A DNA stretch of 64,000 nt, taken from the NCBI GenBank assembly GCA_963843335.1, contig CAWJKF010000003.1:18207-82206 (forward strand), read 5' to 3'. The DNA comes from an uncultured Chloroflexia bacterium (GTDB lineage Bacteria > Chloroflexota > Limnocylindria > Limnocylindrales > CSP1-4). Each line of letters starts with the position of its first letter. Within the stretch, counting starts at the first letter, position 1. The notes beneath the pieces were generated by a model that saw only the letters and a program-made list of their open reading frames with translations, did no database searches and was not told the DNA's origin. The position numbers were made by a program, and so were the translations under genes. Positions 47,718-58,255 of the stretch are shown piece by piece.

Positions 47718-48613
47718 CCGCGACGACGATGCCCACCGGGCCCACCGCACGTCCGCCCGTTCGTCGACGGCCACGGTTCACCCGCCGTCGGGTCGCGCTG
47801 TACGCGCTCCTCATCGGGCTGGCGATCCTGTACCTCATCCCGGTCTACGTGGTCCTCGTGGGGAGCATGAAGTCCGGGACGGAGATCAGCACGACGAGCA
47901 TCTGGGCGCCACCGGGCTCGGCCGACTTCGCCGCCTGGCAAGCCGCCCTGACGCCACCGCTCCAGAACGCCGGCGGCATCGCACCCGGGCTGGTCAACAG
48001 CCTGATCATGACGCTGCCGGCGGTCGTCATCTCGTCGCTCTGGGGTTCCATCAATGGCTATGCCCTGAGTGCCTGGCGATTCCGGGGTTCCGAGGTGCTC
48101 TTCGGGCTGATCCTGTTCGGGCTGTTCATCCCCTACCAGGCGGTCCTCATCCCGCTGCTCCGAACGCTCCAGATCATGGGCCTGTACGACTCGCTGGCGG
48201 GCCTCTCGCTCGTCCACATCATCTATGGCCTGCCCATCACGACCCTCATCTTCCGCAACTTCTACGCCGCGATCCCGGGCGAGCTCTTGGACGCAGCCCG
48301 CGTCGACGGGGGTGCCTTCTGGTCCATCTTCCGACGGGTGTACCTGCCGTTGTCCGTGCCTGCGTTCGTGGTCGTCGGCATCTGGCAGTTCACGTCCATC
48401 TGGAACGAGTTCCTGTTCGCGGTCACGCTCACGAGCTCGCCCAGATCGCAGCCCGTCACCGTCTCCCTCCAGAACCTGGCGGGGAGCTTCGCGGCCCAGT
48501 ACAACGTGCAGATGGCGGGGGCGCTCATGACCGCGCTGCCGACACTCATCGTGTTCCTGTTGCTCGGCCGTTACTTCGTGCGCGGCCTGCTGGCAGGTTC
48601 GCTCAAGGGCTAG
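47714..48613 (+). CDS. sugar ABC transporter permease (MalG/UgpE-like)
   Basis: ATGA overlap with the upstream permease. EAA-loop region NFYAAIPGELLDAARVDGGAFWSIFRRVYLP. Confidence 0.8.
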   Translation: MTATTMPTGPTARPPVRRRPRFTRRRVALYALLIGLAILYLIPVYVVLVGSMKSGTEISTTSIWAPPGSADFAAWQAALTPPLQNAGGIAPGLVNSLIMTLPAVVISSLWGSINGYALSAWRFRGSEVLFGLILFGLFIPYQAVLIPLLRTLQIMGLYDSLAGLSLVHIIYGLPITTLIFRNFYAAIPGELLDAARVDGGAFWSIFRRVYLPLSVPAFVVVGIWQFTSIWNEFLFAVTLTSSPRSQPVTVSLQNLAGSFAAQYNVQMAGALMTALPTLIVFLLLGRYFVRGLLAGSLKG

Positions 48614-48693
48614 CGCGGCCGGGATCCCGTTGCTGGCAAGCCCGGGAAATCAGAGGTACCCGGTTCGCCGCGACGGTTGTACGATGCCGCGCG

Positions 48694-50616
48694 ATGAGGA
48701 CGCCGGATCCGCGCCGGGGCCGCGTACGCCCCCTCCGTCTTGCGGTGGTCATGCTGAGCACGGTCGCGATGATGGTCGCGACGGCGCCGCCCGCGGCGTT
48801 CGCTGCAGCGCCAGCAAGCGCGAGCCCGATGGCAGCCTGTGTGCCGACGGCGGATCCGTCATGGTCGGCGGCCCGTGTCTGGGACGAGCAGGCACTCGAT
48901 GCCATCCGGCGCGACCTGCCGCGTCCCACGGTGCACGCCCGCAACCTGTTCCACATGTCGGCGGCCATGTGGGATGCCTGGGCTACCTTTGACCCCGTGG
49001 CGCAGGGGTACTTCACGACCCAGAAGCTCCACGCGAGCGACGTGGCAGCGGCTCGCAGCGAAGCGATCAGCTATGCGGCATACCGGCTGCTGACGGAACG
49101 GTATGCGAATGCGGTCGGTGGCACGGACAGCCTGGCCGAGTTCGACAAGACCATGGCGTCGCAGTGTTACGACACCGCGGTCACGACCACCGAGGGCGAC
49201 ACGCCCGCCGCGCTCGGCAACCGCATCGCAGCCGCGGCCATCGCCTTCGGGCTCACGGACGGTTCCAACGAGCAGAACGACTACGCTGCCCCTGCGACCT
49301 ATGTCCCGGTCAACAAGCCGCTCATCGTCACCGAACCCGGCACGAAGATGAAGGACCCCGATCGATGGCAGCCGCTGGCGCTGGATAAGCAGGAAGCCCA
49401 GAACGGCGTCTTCATCCCCGGCAAGATCCAGAAGTCGGTCACCCCGTTCTGGGGACACGTCATCTCGTTCGGCCTGCCCGCGTCGGCGAACGGCACACCG
49501 GTCGATACCGGCATACCACCCAAGATCGATGACCCCAAGATCAAGGGCGCCCAGCTGAACCAGTACCGGGCCGATGCCCTCCGGGTCATCGAGCTGAGCG
49601 GCACGCTCGACCCGACCGACGGGACCAGTGTGGATATCTCGCCTGGCAACATCGGCAACAACGACCTGGGCACGAACGACGGCAGCGGCTACAGCATCAA
49701 CCCCGACACCGGCGAGCCGTATGCGCCCGACATGGTGCTGGAGGGTGACTTCGCCCGGGCGCTCGCCGAGTTCTGGGCTGACGGCCCCAACTCCGAGACG
49801 CCGCCCGGCCACTGGAACACCATCGCCAACCATGTCGGCGACGCACCAGGCTTCGAACCCCGGATCGGTGGCACCGGACCGGCGGTCGACCGGCTGGAAT
49901 GGGATGTCAAGACCTACTTCGCGCTCAACGGGGCGCTCCACGACGCCGGCGTCGCGGCCTGGGGCGACAAGGGTTACTACGACTCGGTGCGGCCCATCTC
50001 GATGATCCGCTATATGGGCGGCAAGGGTCAGTCGACGGACAGAAAGCTGCCCTCGTACGATCCGGAGGGTCTGCCGCTCGTGCCGGGCCTCATCGAGGTC
50101 ATCACCAGGCAGTCGAGCGCGCCGGGCAAGCGGCATGCGGCGCTGCGCAAGCACGTCGGTGAGATCGTCATCAAGGCGTGGCGAGGCAACCCCGCGGATC
50201 CGAAGTCCCAGATCGGCGGCGTTGGCTGGATCCTGGCCACGAGGTGGGTGCCCTATCAGAAGCCGACGTTCGTGACGCCGGCGTTCCCCGGCTTCGTGTC
50301 CGGCCATAGCACGTTCAGCCGCGCCGGCGCGGAGGTGCTGACGGCGATGACCGGATCGGCGTTCTTCCCCGGCGGTCTTGGCGAGTTCATCATCCCCAAG
50401 GGAAGCCTGGCGTTCGAGGCCGGCCCGACCACGGACGTGCCGCTCCAGTGGGCGACCTACTACGACGCCGCCGACCAGGCGGGTCTGTCACGGTTGTACG
50501 GGGGCATCCACACCCCGACCGACGACTTCGCCGGTCGACGGACCGGCTCCATCTGTGGCAAGTCGGCCTGGGCGCTGGCCACCCAGTACTTCGACGGGAC
50601 CGCTGCCACGTCCTGA
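48694..50616 (+). CDS. secreted vanadium-dependent haloperoxidase-like / PAP2-superfamily protein
   Basis: Signal peptide. PAP2/vanadate-site motifs (KxxxxxxRP: KGYYDSVRP; PSGH: FPGFVSGHSTF; SRxxxxxHxxxD: SRLYGGIHTPTDD). Confidence 0.65.
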   Translation: MRTPDPRRGRVRPLRLAVVMLSTVAMMVATAPPAAFAAAPASASPMAACVPTADPSWSAARVWDEQALDAIRRDLPRPTVHARNLFHMSAAMWDAWATFDPVAQGYFTTQKLHASDVAAARSEAISYAAYRLLTERYANAVGGTDSLAEFDKTMASQCYDTAVTTTEGDTPAALGNRIAAAAIAFGLTDGSNEQNDYAAPATYVPVNKPLIVTEPGTKMKDPDRWQPLALDKQEAQNGVFIPGKIQKSVTPFWGHVISFGLPASANGTPVDTGIPPKIDDPKIKGAQLNQYRADALRVIELSGTLDPTDGTSVDISPGNIGNNDLGTNDGSGYSINPDTGEPYAPDMVLEGDFARALAEFWADGPNSETPPGHWNTIANHVGDAPGFEPRIGGTGPAVDRLEWDVKTYFALNGALHDAGVAAWGDKGYYDSVRPISMIRYMGGKGQSTDRKLPSYDPEGLPLVPGLIEVITRQSSAPGKRHAALRKHVGEIVIKAWRGNPADPKSQIGGVGWILATRWVPYQKPTFVTPAFPGFVSGHSTFSRAGAEVLTAMTGSAFFPGGLGEFIIPKGSLAFEAGPTTDVPLQWATYYDAADQAGLSRLYGGIHTPTDDFAGRRTGSICGKSAWALATQYFDGTAATS

Positions 50617-50713
50617 GGCCTGCGAGACGGCCTCGCCACGCGATGTGCTTCAATGCCCGAGCGTGCGAGGCTTCGGGGCCCCGCAGCCAGGGAGCGGATC
50701 GAGTGGGGACACG

Positions 50714-52348
50714 ATGAGGGACCGGGCGGCGATCACAGGCGTTTGCCTGCTCGTGCTGGTTCTCGTTGCGCCGGCGGTGACGGTGGCGCAGTCAGGCGCG
50801 GCCCCGACGCCGCATTTCGTGGCGGAGACCCGCAAGTCGGGCATCAAGCACGTCTATGCGGGCGACTTCCAGTTCTACACGGGTGGCGGCGTCGCGGCGT
50901 TCGATTGTGACGGTGACGGGCTTGACGAGCTGTACTTCGCAGGTGGCAGCGAGCGTGCGGCCCTGTATCACAACGACAGCACCGTGGGCGGGCCGCTCCG
51001 CTTCTCCAGGGTGAAGGATCCGGCGACGGACCTCGACTCCGTGACCGGCGCCTACCCCATCGACATCGACGGCGACGGACAGATCGACCTCGCGGTCCTG
51101 CGATACGGTGAGAACGTCCTCCTGCGGGGCCTTGGCGACTGCCGGTTCGAACGAGCGAACGAGGCCTGGTCGTTCGCCGGTGGCGACGCGTGGACGACGG
51201 CGTTCAGCGCCACCTGGGAAGGGGATGCGGCGCTGCCGACCCTCGCCATCGGCAACTATGTCGACGAATCCGGCGAGGGACCCTGCCTCGGTAACGAGCT
51301 CGTGCGTCCCGCGGCGACCGGGGCCGGGTATGCGCCGGCCGTGCCGCTCCAGCCGAGCTGGTGCGCCCTGTCGATGCTGTTCAGCGACTGGGACCGCTCC
51401 GGCCGTGCCGACCTGCGTATCAGCAACGATCGCCAGTACTACCCGGTCGACGAGGGCCAGGAGCAGCTCTGGCGCGTCGCTCCCGGGGAGCAGCCCCACC
51501 TGTACACCCCGGACGAGGGATGGCAGCTGCTGCAGCTCAACGGCATGGGCATCGCGAGCTACGACCTCACGGGTGACGGCTATCCCGAGGTGTACCTCTC
51601 GAGCCAGGGTCCGAACATGCTCCAGACGCTGGCCGATGGTCCGAAGCAGCCCGACTACCAGGACATCGCCATCGAGCGCGGTGTCATCGCCACGAACCCG
51701 ACCGGGGACAAGTCATTGCCATCGACGTCGTGGCATGACGAGTTCGAGGATGTCAACAACGACGGGCTCATCGACCTGTTCGTGGCCAAGGGCAACATCG
51801 ACGAGATGCCGACCTACGCGATGAAGGACCCCAACGTGCTGTTCCTGGGTCAACCGGACGGCACCTTCATCGACCAGGCGAAGGCGGCCGGCGTCCTCAG
51901 CAACGCGCGTGGTCGCGGGGCAGCGCTCGTGGACCTGAACCTCGACGGCCTGCTCGACCTGGTGGTGTCCAACCGGCGCGCGAACGCCGAGGTCTGGCGC
52001 AACGTCGGCTCGGGAACTGCCAAGCATCCGGCACCGATGGGCGACTGGCTCGCGGTCCGGCTGAACCAGCCAGGTCCCAACCACGCCGCGGTGGGAGCCC
52101 TGGTCGAGGTGAAGGTCGGCGACGCCACCATGTCACAGGAGCTCACCGTAGGTGGCGGTGACGCCGGTGGTCAGTGGGGCTGGATGCACTTCGGACTGGG
52201 ACAGGCCGATGGCGCGACGGCACCCGAGGTCCGGGTCCAATGGCCCGACATGACCTGGGGTCCCTGGCTGCCGGCGACGGCCAACACGTTCGTCACCGTC
52301 GACCGTGCGTCGGAGCAGCTGCAGGCCTGGACGCCACCGCCCGGTTGA
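50714..52348 (+). CDS. secreted FG-GAP-repeat / ASPIC-UnbV (CRTAC1-like) protein
   Basis: Start MRDRAAITG with signal peptide. Repeated DxDGDGxxD Ca-binding FG-GAP motifs (FDCDGDGLDELYF, IDIDGDGQIDLAV, YDLTGDGYPEVYL, EDVNNDGLIDLFV, DLNLDGLLDLVV). C-terminal UnbV_ASPIC-like region. Confidence 0.65.
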   Translation: MRDRAAITGVCLLVLVLVAPAVTVAQSGAAPTPHFVAETRKSGIKHVYAGDFQFYTGGGVAAFDCDGDGLDELYFAGGSERAALYHNDSTVGGPLRFSRVKDPATDLDSVTGAYPIDIDGDGQIDLAVLRYGENVLLRGLGDCRFERANEAWSFAGGDAWTTAFSATWEGDAALPTLAIGNYVDESGEGPCLGNELVRPAATGAGYAPAVPLQPSWCALSMLFSDWDRSGRADLRISNDRQYYPVDEGQEQLWRVAPGEQPHLYTPDEGWQLLQLNGMGIASYDLTGDGYPEVYLSSQGPNMLQTLADGPKQPDYQDIAIERGVIATNPTGDKSLPSTSWHDEFEDVNNDGLIDLFVAKGNIDEMPTYAMKDPNVLFLGQPDGTFIDQAKAAGVLSNARGRGAALVDLNLDGLLDLVVSNRRANAEVWRNVGSGTAKHPAPMGDWLAVRLNQPGPNHAAVGALVEVKVGDATMSQELTVGGGDAGGQWGWMHFGLGQADGATAPEVRVQWPDMTWGPWLPATANTFVTVDRASEQLQAWTPPPG

Positions 52349-52357
52349 CCGCGTCCC

Positions 52358-53143
52358 TCAGTGCAACTGAGCGAGATCCTTCTCCGTCACCTCGTCGCGC
52401 GACTTGCCGAGGATGATCATCCCGAGCACCTCATCGGGTGTGACCTCGGACTTGTTGACGATGCCCACGATCCTGCCGTGATACATGACCCCGATGCGGT
52501 CGGAGAGATCGAACACGTCGTGGATGTCATGACTGATGAGGAAGATCCCGATGCCCTCGTGCTTGAGTTGCCGGATGAGGTCACGCACCTGGGCGGTCTC
52601 CGCCGGGCCCAGGGCGGCCGTCGGTTCGTCCATGATGAGGATCCGGGCGTTGAAGTGGACAGCCCGGGCGATGGCCACCGCCTGTCGCTGGCCGCCTGAA
52701 AGTGACTTCACGGGCATGGAGAAGCGCGTGAAGTTGGGATTGAGCCGGCCCATGACCTTGCGGGTGGCCGCCTCCATCGCGCCGTCGTCGAGGGTGCCCC
52801 AGCGGGTCACGATCTCACGCCCCAGGAACACATTGGCGGGTGCGTCGACGTTGTCGGCCAGGGCGAGCGTCTGGTAGATGGTCTCGATGTTGTAGGCCTT
52901 GGCGTCGCGCGGGTTGTTGATGGTGCGCGGGATGCCGTCGATGAGGATCTCACCCGAGTCGGCAGAGTGTGCGCCGGAAAGCACCCGCATGAGCGTCGAC
53001 TTGCCAGCGCCGTTGCCGCCCACCAACCCGATGACCTCGCCCTCCCTGAGGTCGACGGAGACATCGCGGACGGCGTGGACGCCGCCGAAGGCGACGCTGA
53101 TGTTGCGCATCTCGACCAGGGGTGGGCGCTCGTCGACCGTCAT
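52358..53143 (-). CDS. monosaccharide ABC transporter ATP-binding protein
   Basis: Walker [10 protein letters not shown]. Signature LSGGQRQ. Walker B ILIMDEPT. Confidence 0.8.
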   Translation of the reverse strand: MTVDERPPLVEMRNISVAFGGVHAVRDVSVDLREGEVIGLVGGNGAGKSTLMRVLSGAHSADSGEILIDGIPRTINNPRDAKAYNIETIYQTLALADNVDAPANVFLGREIVTRWGTLDDGAMEAATRKVMGRLNPNFTRFSMPVKSLSGGQRQAVAIARAVHFNARILIMDEPTAALGPAETAQVRDLIRQLKHEGIGIFLISHDIHDVFDLSDRIGVMYHGRIVGIVNKSEVTPDEVLGMIILGKSRDEVTEKDLAQLH

Positions 53144-53157
53144 CTCCGCACCCCGCT

Positions 53158-54480
53158 TCAGCGTCCGCCGCCGCGGCGGCGATTGTATGAGTCAAGGCCG
53201 ACGGCCACGATGAGGACGACGCCCGCCACGATGTTCTGGGTGGGCGTGTTCACCCCGACGAATGCGAGGCCATAGGCGAGGGACTGCATGACGATGGCGC
53301 CCAGGACAGCACCCGGGATCGTGCCGATGCCGCCGGCGAACGACGTGCCTCCGACGACCGCCGCCGCGATGACGTACAGCTCATCGCCGGACCCGACATC
53401 GAGCGTGGCGCTGTCCTGGCGCGCGACCGCGACCGCGGCCGCGAGCGCACACAGCACGCCCATGAGCATGTACGTCTTCATGATCGTCCAGCGGGTGTTG
53501 ATGCCAGCCAGGTCCGCGGCATCCGGGTTGCCGCCGTATGCGTAGACGTATCGACCGAAGCGTCGTCGCGTGGCGACGAACGTCATCAGGAGGGTCACCG
53601 CGATGATCACGATGATGGGCCACGGGAAGCCGGTCGAGATCTGCAGCCCGCCGGGAGGCTCCACGATGCCGTGCTGCTGGGCGTACTTGGTGGCGAGGCC
53701 CTTCGGCCAGTAGTTGGCATTCGCGATGGCGGCGATCCCCAGCACTGCCGCGCAGCTGACGACCCCCAGGAGGATGTCCGCCCACGCGGGCCGGACGGGA
53801 AAGCCGAATCGCCCACGCTGCCGCCGGTTGTAGAGCAGCAGGCCAACGGCCGCGACGCAACCGATGATGGCCAGGGCCCAGGTGGCATCGCCGCCGATGG
53901 AGCCCTGGGCGCTGCCACCGAGCAGCTTGAAGGTGTCGTCCAGACCGGCCACGGCCGCGCCGCTCGACATCAGCCACACCACACCTCGCAGGGCGAGCAG
54001 CCCGCCGAGGGTGACGATGAAGGAGGGCACGCCGATGTAGGCGATGATGAAGCCCTCGACGGCACCGATGCCGGCGCCAAGGGCCATGCCGACGGCCAGT
54101 GCCAGGATCCAGATGAGCGGATTGCCCACGCCGAGTCCGAGGATGTTCGGCAGCCAGTCCGTCATCAGCAGCGCGTATGCCATCGCCACGACGCCCACGA
54201 TCGACCCGACTGACAGGTCGATGTTGCGCGACACGATGATGAGCACCATGCCCGTCGCCATGATGGCCACGACCGCCGTCTGCACGGAGAGCGTGATGAA
54301 CGTGGTCGGCTTCAGGAACGAGCCGCCGGTGACCAGACCGAAGCCGAGCAGGATCGCGATGAGCGCGATCAGCATGCCGAACAGGCGCAGATCGATCTCG
54401 GTCGCCGCGATCAGCCCTCGGAGGGAACGCGGAGACCGACCCTCTGCCTGGTCGGGCGCTGTGCCGGTGATCTCAGTCAT
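53158..54480 (-). CDS. monosaccharide (xylose/ribose-type) ABC transporter permease
   Basis: 10-12 TM helices. AraH/XylH-like pattern. Confidence 0.8.
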   Translation of the reverse strand: MTEITGTAPDQAEGRSPRSLRGLIAATEIDLRLFGMLIALIAILLGFGLVTGGSFLKPTTFITLSVQTAVVAIMATGMVLIIVSRNIDLSVGSIVGVVAMAYALLMTDWLPNILGLGVGNPLIWILALAVGMALGAGIGAVEGFIIAYIGVPSFIVTLGGLLALRGVVWLMSSGAAVAGLDDTFKLLGGSAQGSIGGDATWALAIIGCVAAVGLLLYNRRQRGRFGFPVRPAWADILLGVVSCAAVLGIAAIANANYWPKGLATKYAQQHGIVEPPGGLQISTGFPWPIIVIIAVTLLMTFVATRRRFGRYVYAYGGNPDAADLAGINTRWTIMKTYMLMGVLCALAAAVAVARQDSATLDVGSGDELYVIAAAVVGGTSFAGGIGTIPGAVLGAIVMQSLAYGLAFVGVNTPTQNIVAGVVLIVAVGLDSYNRRRGGGR

Positions 54481-54576
54481 CGTCGGTCCCGGGTGTCATC
54501 TGTGAAGAAGCGCCCTGCGTCACGTGATCCGTGAACGCAGGGCGCCTTGGGTCTCGCTACGACGCGAGCGTGAGCG

Positions 54577-55725
54577 TTACTTGCAGGCGGCCGGAGCCGT
54601 CGCCGCGTCGACGCCCTTGCACAGGTCGTCCTTGGTGATCCAGCCGGCGTCCAGCACGAGCTGGAGGTTGTCGGCGGTGATCGGTGTGGGCGTCAGGATG
54701 AGCGAGCTGACCGTCGTCCCGTCGGGGGTCGTGAACGGCACAGCCGTGGTCCCAGCGGCCGGGACGGCAGCCGGATCCAGATCGGCGGGCGTCGTGACGG
54801 CAGTCATGGCCGTCCCGGCGCACAGCTGGAGGGCGGCGGCGCCAGCCACCTTGCCCAGGTTGGTGCTGTTCTTCCAGACGTCCACGTACTGGAGGCCCTT
54901 GGCGACGTTGTTCAGGTTGGCGGGGTCGCCATCCTGGCCGCTGACCGGCACGACGCCATAGTTCTTGGCCGTGAGGGCGGCAACCACGCCCAGGGCGGTG
55001 CTGTCGTTCTCAGCCAGGACGGCGTCGATCTTGTTGCCGTCCGTGTTGGCCTTGTCGATGATCGCTTCCATGTTGTTCTGGGCGACATCCGTCTTCCAGG
55101 CGTCAGTCGACTGATCGGCCAGGATCTTGATGTCACCGGACGCGACCTTGTCCTTCAGGCCGGCCTGATCCCAACCAGCGGGCAGGAAGGTGGATGCGTT
55201 CGGGTCGCCCGGGTCGCCCTTGATGAGGACGTAGTTGCCCTTGGGCACCTTGGCGATGATCGCGTCTGCCTCGGCCTTGCCGACGCCGACGTTATCGAAG
55301 GTGAGGTAGAGGATGCTCGGATCCTCGATGAGCCGGTCATACGCGATGACCGGGACGCCGGCTGCCGCGGCGGCCTCGAGGGCCGGCCCCACGGCCTTGT
55401 TGTCCTGGGCAAGCAGGATGATGACGTTGGCGCCCTTCTCGATGAGCGTGTTGACGTCCGTGATCTGCTGCTGGGTGCTCAGGTTCGCGTCCGCATCGAT
55501 GTACGTGCCGCCGCCTGCCTCGACCGTGCCCTGGATGGCCGGCTTGTCGCGGGCTGCCCAGCGTGGCTGCTGGAAGTTGTTCCACGAGACGCCGACGGTG
55601 CAGGCAACTGGGGCGGCCATCGATGCCGCCGGGGATTGTGCGACTGCTGCACCTGTCGAGATGAGACCTGCCGCGACGACTACCGCGGCACCGAGGCCCA
55701 CGAATCCTCGTTTGGCGTTGTGCAT
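54577..55725 (-). CDS. monosaccharide ABC transporter periplasmic-binding protein (XylF-like)
   Basis: Start MHNAKRGF with GAGGAGG Shine-Dalgarno. Signal peptide. Peripla_BP_4-like pattern. Confidence 0.8.
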   Translation of the reverse strand: MHNAKRGFVGLGAAVVVAAGLISTGAAVAQSPAASMAAPVACTVGVSWNNFQQPRWAARDKPAIQGTVEAGGGTYIDADANLSTQQQITDVNTLIEKGANVIILLAQDNKAVGPALEAAAAAGVPVIAYDRLIEDPSILYLTFDNVGVGKAEADAIIAKVPKGNYVLIKGDPGDPNASTFLPAGWDQAGLKDKVASGDIKILADQSTDAWKTDVAQNNMEAIIDKANTDGNKIDAVLAENDSTALGVVAALTAKNYGVVPVSGQDGDPANLNNVAKGLQYVDVWKNSTNLGKVAGAAALQLCAGTAMTAVTTPADLDPAAVPAAGTTAVPFTTPDGTTVSSLILTPTPITADNLQLVLDAGWITKDDLCKGVDAATAPAACK

Positions 55726-55875
55726 CTGCTTCCTCCTCTGACGGTTGAACCACCGTCGTGACGACTGGAGATTACCGCATGCAGGGACCCTCGGTGTCAA
55801 CGTCGTAGCAACTCTTCGTCACGATGGATACGGTCCGGATGCGTCCTCTGCCACCGATGAGGATGGCGACGCATC

Positions 55876-57268
55876 TCAGGCGCGCGCGCGCGTCATCACC
55901 CGATCGGGCCGCAGCAGGAATGGCGGCAGGTACGCCGGGATATTGGACAGCGGCAGCACCTCCGGCTGGAGGTCGATGCCGAGTGACTCGCGCATGAATC
56001 CGCGGCGTCGCAGGATGCGCTCCCATGCCTCCGGATAGCAGGCCGCCAGCTCCTCACGAAGGGCCGCGTCCGCGATCGCGATGCCGTCCTCGATATTCGT
56101 CGTGAAATACGCGGAGCCGGTCGCCGGGATGACGTCCACCTGGAGCACCATCCCTGACCGCAGTGGTACGCGCGAGCCGCGCGACACGGGCGTGCTGACC
56201 CATTCATCCAGGTGGAGCAGGTGGCCGGGGTTGAGGAAGATGCCGAAGAACGGATCGCCAAGCCGGCGGTCGATCGATCTCCTGCAGCGCCCCCCCGGGG
56301 AGCCCGATGCGCAGCGCCTCATACCACTCGGCGACCGCCCCGAAATACGGCTCGACGAGTCGCTCCACGTAGTCCGTGATGTCCGGAGGCAGGCCCCGGG
56401 CATCCTCGGCCACGAACCCCGCACGACAGGTGAGCGCACCCCAGATGCCGAAGGCGGTCGTGAACCGGTCGCCGTGCTCGATGGGTCGGTCGGATGGGCT
56501 CAGGAGACCGAGCGTGGCGCGTGGTCCCGCCGTCAGCATCAGGTGACACGAGAGGGGCGTGCCATTCCAGGCCAGGAGCCGGGCAGCTTCCTGCTCGGTC
56601 ATCCCCGGCTGCAGCCCGAACAGCAGGCGCCGGACCCCGTCCGAGGTCTGGCAGGAGGCGTACTCGAAGGCGGCGATCTGGTCCACCTCGTTCGTGGTTC
56701 GCAGGCCCGCCGCCGGATCGATGAGCAGGTCACCGGCATTCATGACCGTGCCGGACGTGCCGACCAGGCCCCGGATCACATCGACGAGGTACGACGGCGC
56801 ATCGATCCAGGAGGGGTTGGCGTACGTCTTCCAGCCGATGACCCCGATGCGTGCCCCGGACACGACGCCCTCGTCTCCCAGGATCTCCCCGAGCGTTGCG
56901 GACCGGTCGCGGGGCTGGTTGGGCAGGCTCAGCTCCTGATCAAGGTGGCGGCGCATCGGCAGGGGTGCTGCGCCGGCCATGCCGAAGCATTCGTTGCCCA
57001 CGAGGATGGCCGGCTCACCATCCGGGCCGACCACGAGGATGGCCTCCTCGAAGCGCGGGTCGAACCCTGTCAGGTAGCTGATGTTGGCGCTGTGCTCGCG
57101 GTCGGCGTAGAGCACGACGCGGTCGAAGCCACGCGCCGCTGCGGCCGCCCGGAAGCGGTCCATCCGGGCGAGGTAGACGGACGGCAGGAGCTGGGGCATG
57201 GCCGTCGGCATCCCCAGCTCGGGCAGCTCGACCCGACGGACGCTGGCACGCGCCATCGCTCCTCCCAC
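55876..57268 (-). CDS. M24-family metallopeptidase (Xaa-Pro aminopeptidase/creatinase type) with a frameshift inside a C8 homopolymer (~56291-56298)
   Basis: Creatinase_N-like N-domain in ORF 56204..57268. Pita-bread catalytic domain (HLDEWVS..., GMVLQVDVIPA...) in ORF 55876..56439. The two frames meet at cgcccccccgggg. Confidence 0.6.
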
Positions 57269-57286
57269 GCTTCGCTCGTCGCGCGG

Positions 57287-58255
57287 CTATCGCGCCACAG
57301 TGACGGGCGTCAGGCCGTCCGCGGCGCGGTACAGCGCCTCGATGGTGCGCGCCTGACCCAGGGCGTCCGCGCGACCTAGCAGTGGCGGCCGTTCGCCACG
57401 GATGGCGGCGCCCATGTCCTCGAGCTCCAGCTGGTAGGGGTTCGTTGGCTCGACCATGATCCGCTCGTCGTCGAGGTAGAGGACGCCGGTCGTGGAGTGC
57501 CACGGATCGGGCAGCAGGAGCCGCCCATCCCGGCCGATGACCTCGAGCGTCTCGTGCGTGGTGGAGTCGAAGCCACAGGTGAACGTGGCCATGACATCGT
57601 CCGCGAAGCGCATCAGCCCGGACATCCGACGCTCGACGCCGGCCGCGTCCAGGAGCTGCTCCGCCATGACCCGCTCCGGCTCCCCGGCGACGAGCCTGGC
57701 GCCGCTCACGCAGTAGCAGCCGACATCCATGAGCGACCCACCATCGAGGTGACCCGCGACCCGGACATCGGTCTCGGCCCCGATGACGTAGCTGAAGGTG
57801 GACCGGATGGTGCGCACCGGACCGATGCGGGGCAGCAGCTCCAGGAGGCGTCGTACCTGGGGCGTGTGGCGCCACATGAACGCCTCCTCGAGCACCAGGC
57901 CTGCCTGCTCGGCCGCATCGAACGCCGCGTCGACCTCCGCCGGTCGGCGGGTGTACGGCTTCTCGCACAGCACGTGCTTGCCCGCTGCGAGCGAGTGCAT
58001 CGTCCATTCGTGATGGAGGGAGTTGGGCAGGCTGATGTACACCGCGTCCACGTCCGGGTCCGCCAGCAGCGCCTCGTAGCTGCCATGTGCGCGGCCGATG
58101 CCGTTGTCGCGGGCGAACTGGCGAGCACGCTCATCGGTGCGGCTGCCCACCGCCACCACCTCCAGGGCGCTCGCCGACCTGGCGCCCGCCAACAGCTTGC
58201 GGCAGATGTTGCCGGTACCCAGCAGCCCCCAGCGGATGCGCGTTGGCGTGGTCAT
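57287..58255 (-). CDS. Gfo/Idh/MocA-family oxidoreductase
   Basis: Start MTTPTRIRWGLLGTGNI (NAD-binding). EKP motif (HVLCEKP). Confidence 0.75.
   Translation of the reverse strand: MTTPTRIRWGLLGTGNICRKLLAGARSASALEVVAVGSRTDERARQFARDNGIGRAHGSYEALLADPDVDAVYISLPNSLHHEWTMHSLAAGKHVLCEKPYTRRPAEVDAAFDAAEQAGLVLEEAFMWRHTPQVRRLLELLPRIGPVRTIRSTFSYVIGAETDVRVAGHLDGGSLMDVGCYCVSGARLVAGEPERVMAEQLLDAAGVERRMSGLMRFADDVMATFTCGFDSTTHETLEVIGRDGRLLLPDPWHSTTGVLYLDDERIMVEPTNPYQLELEDMGAAIRGERPPLLGRADALGQARTIEALYRAADGLTPVTVAR

Noticed and set aside
56081-57379. 432-aa plus-strand ORF opposite the M24 peptidase
   Set aside because: No domain signal. Antisense to a gene with clear creatinase/pita-bread motifs.
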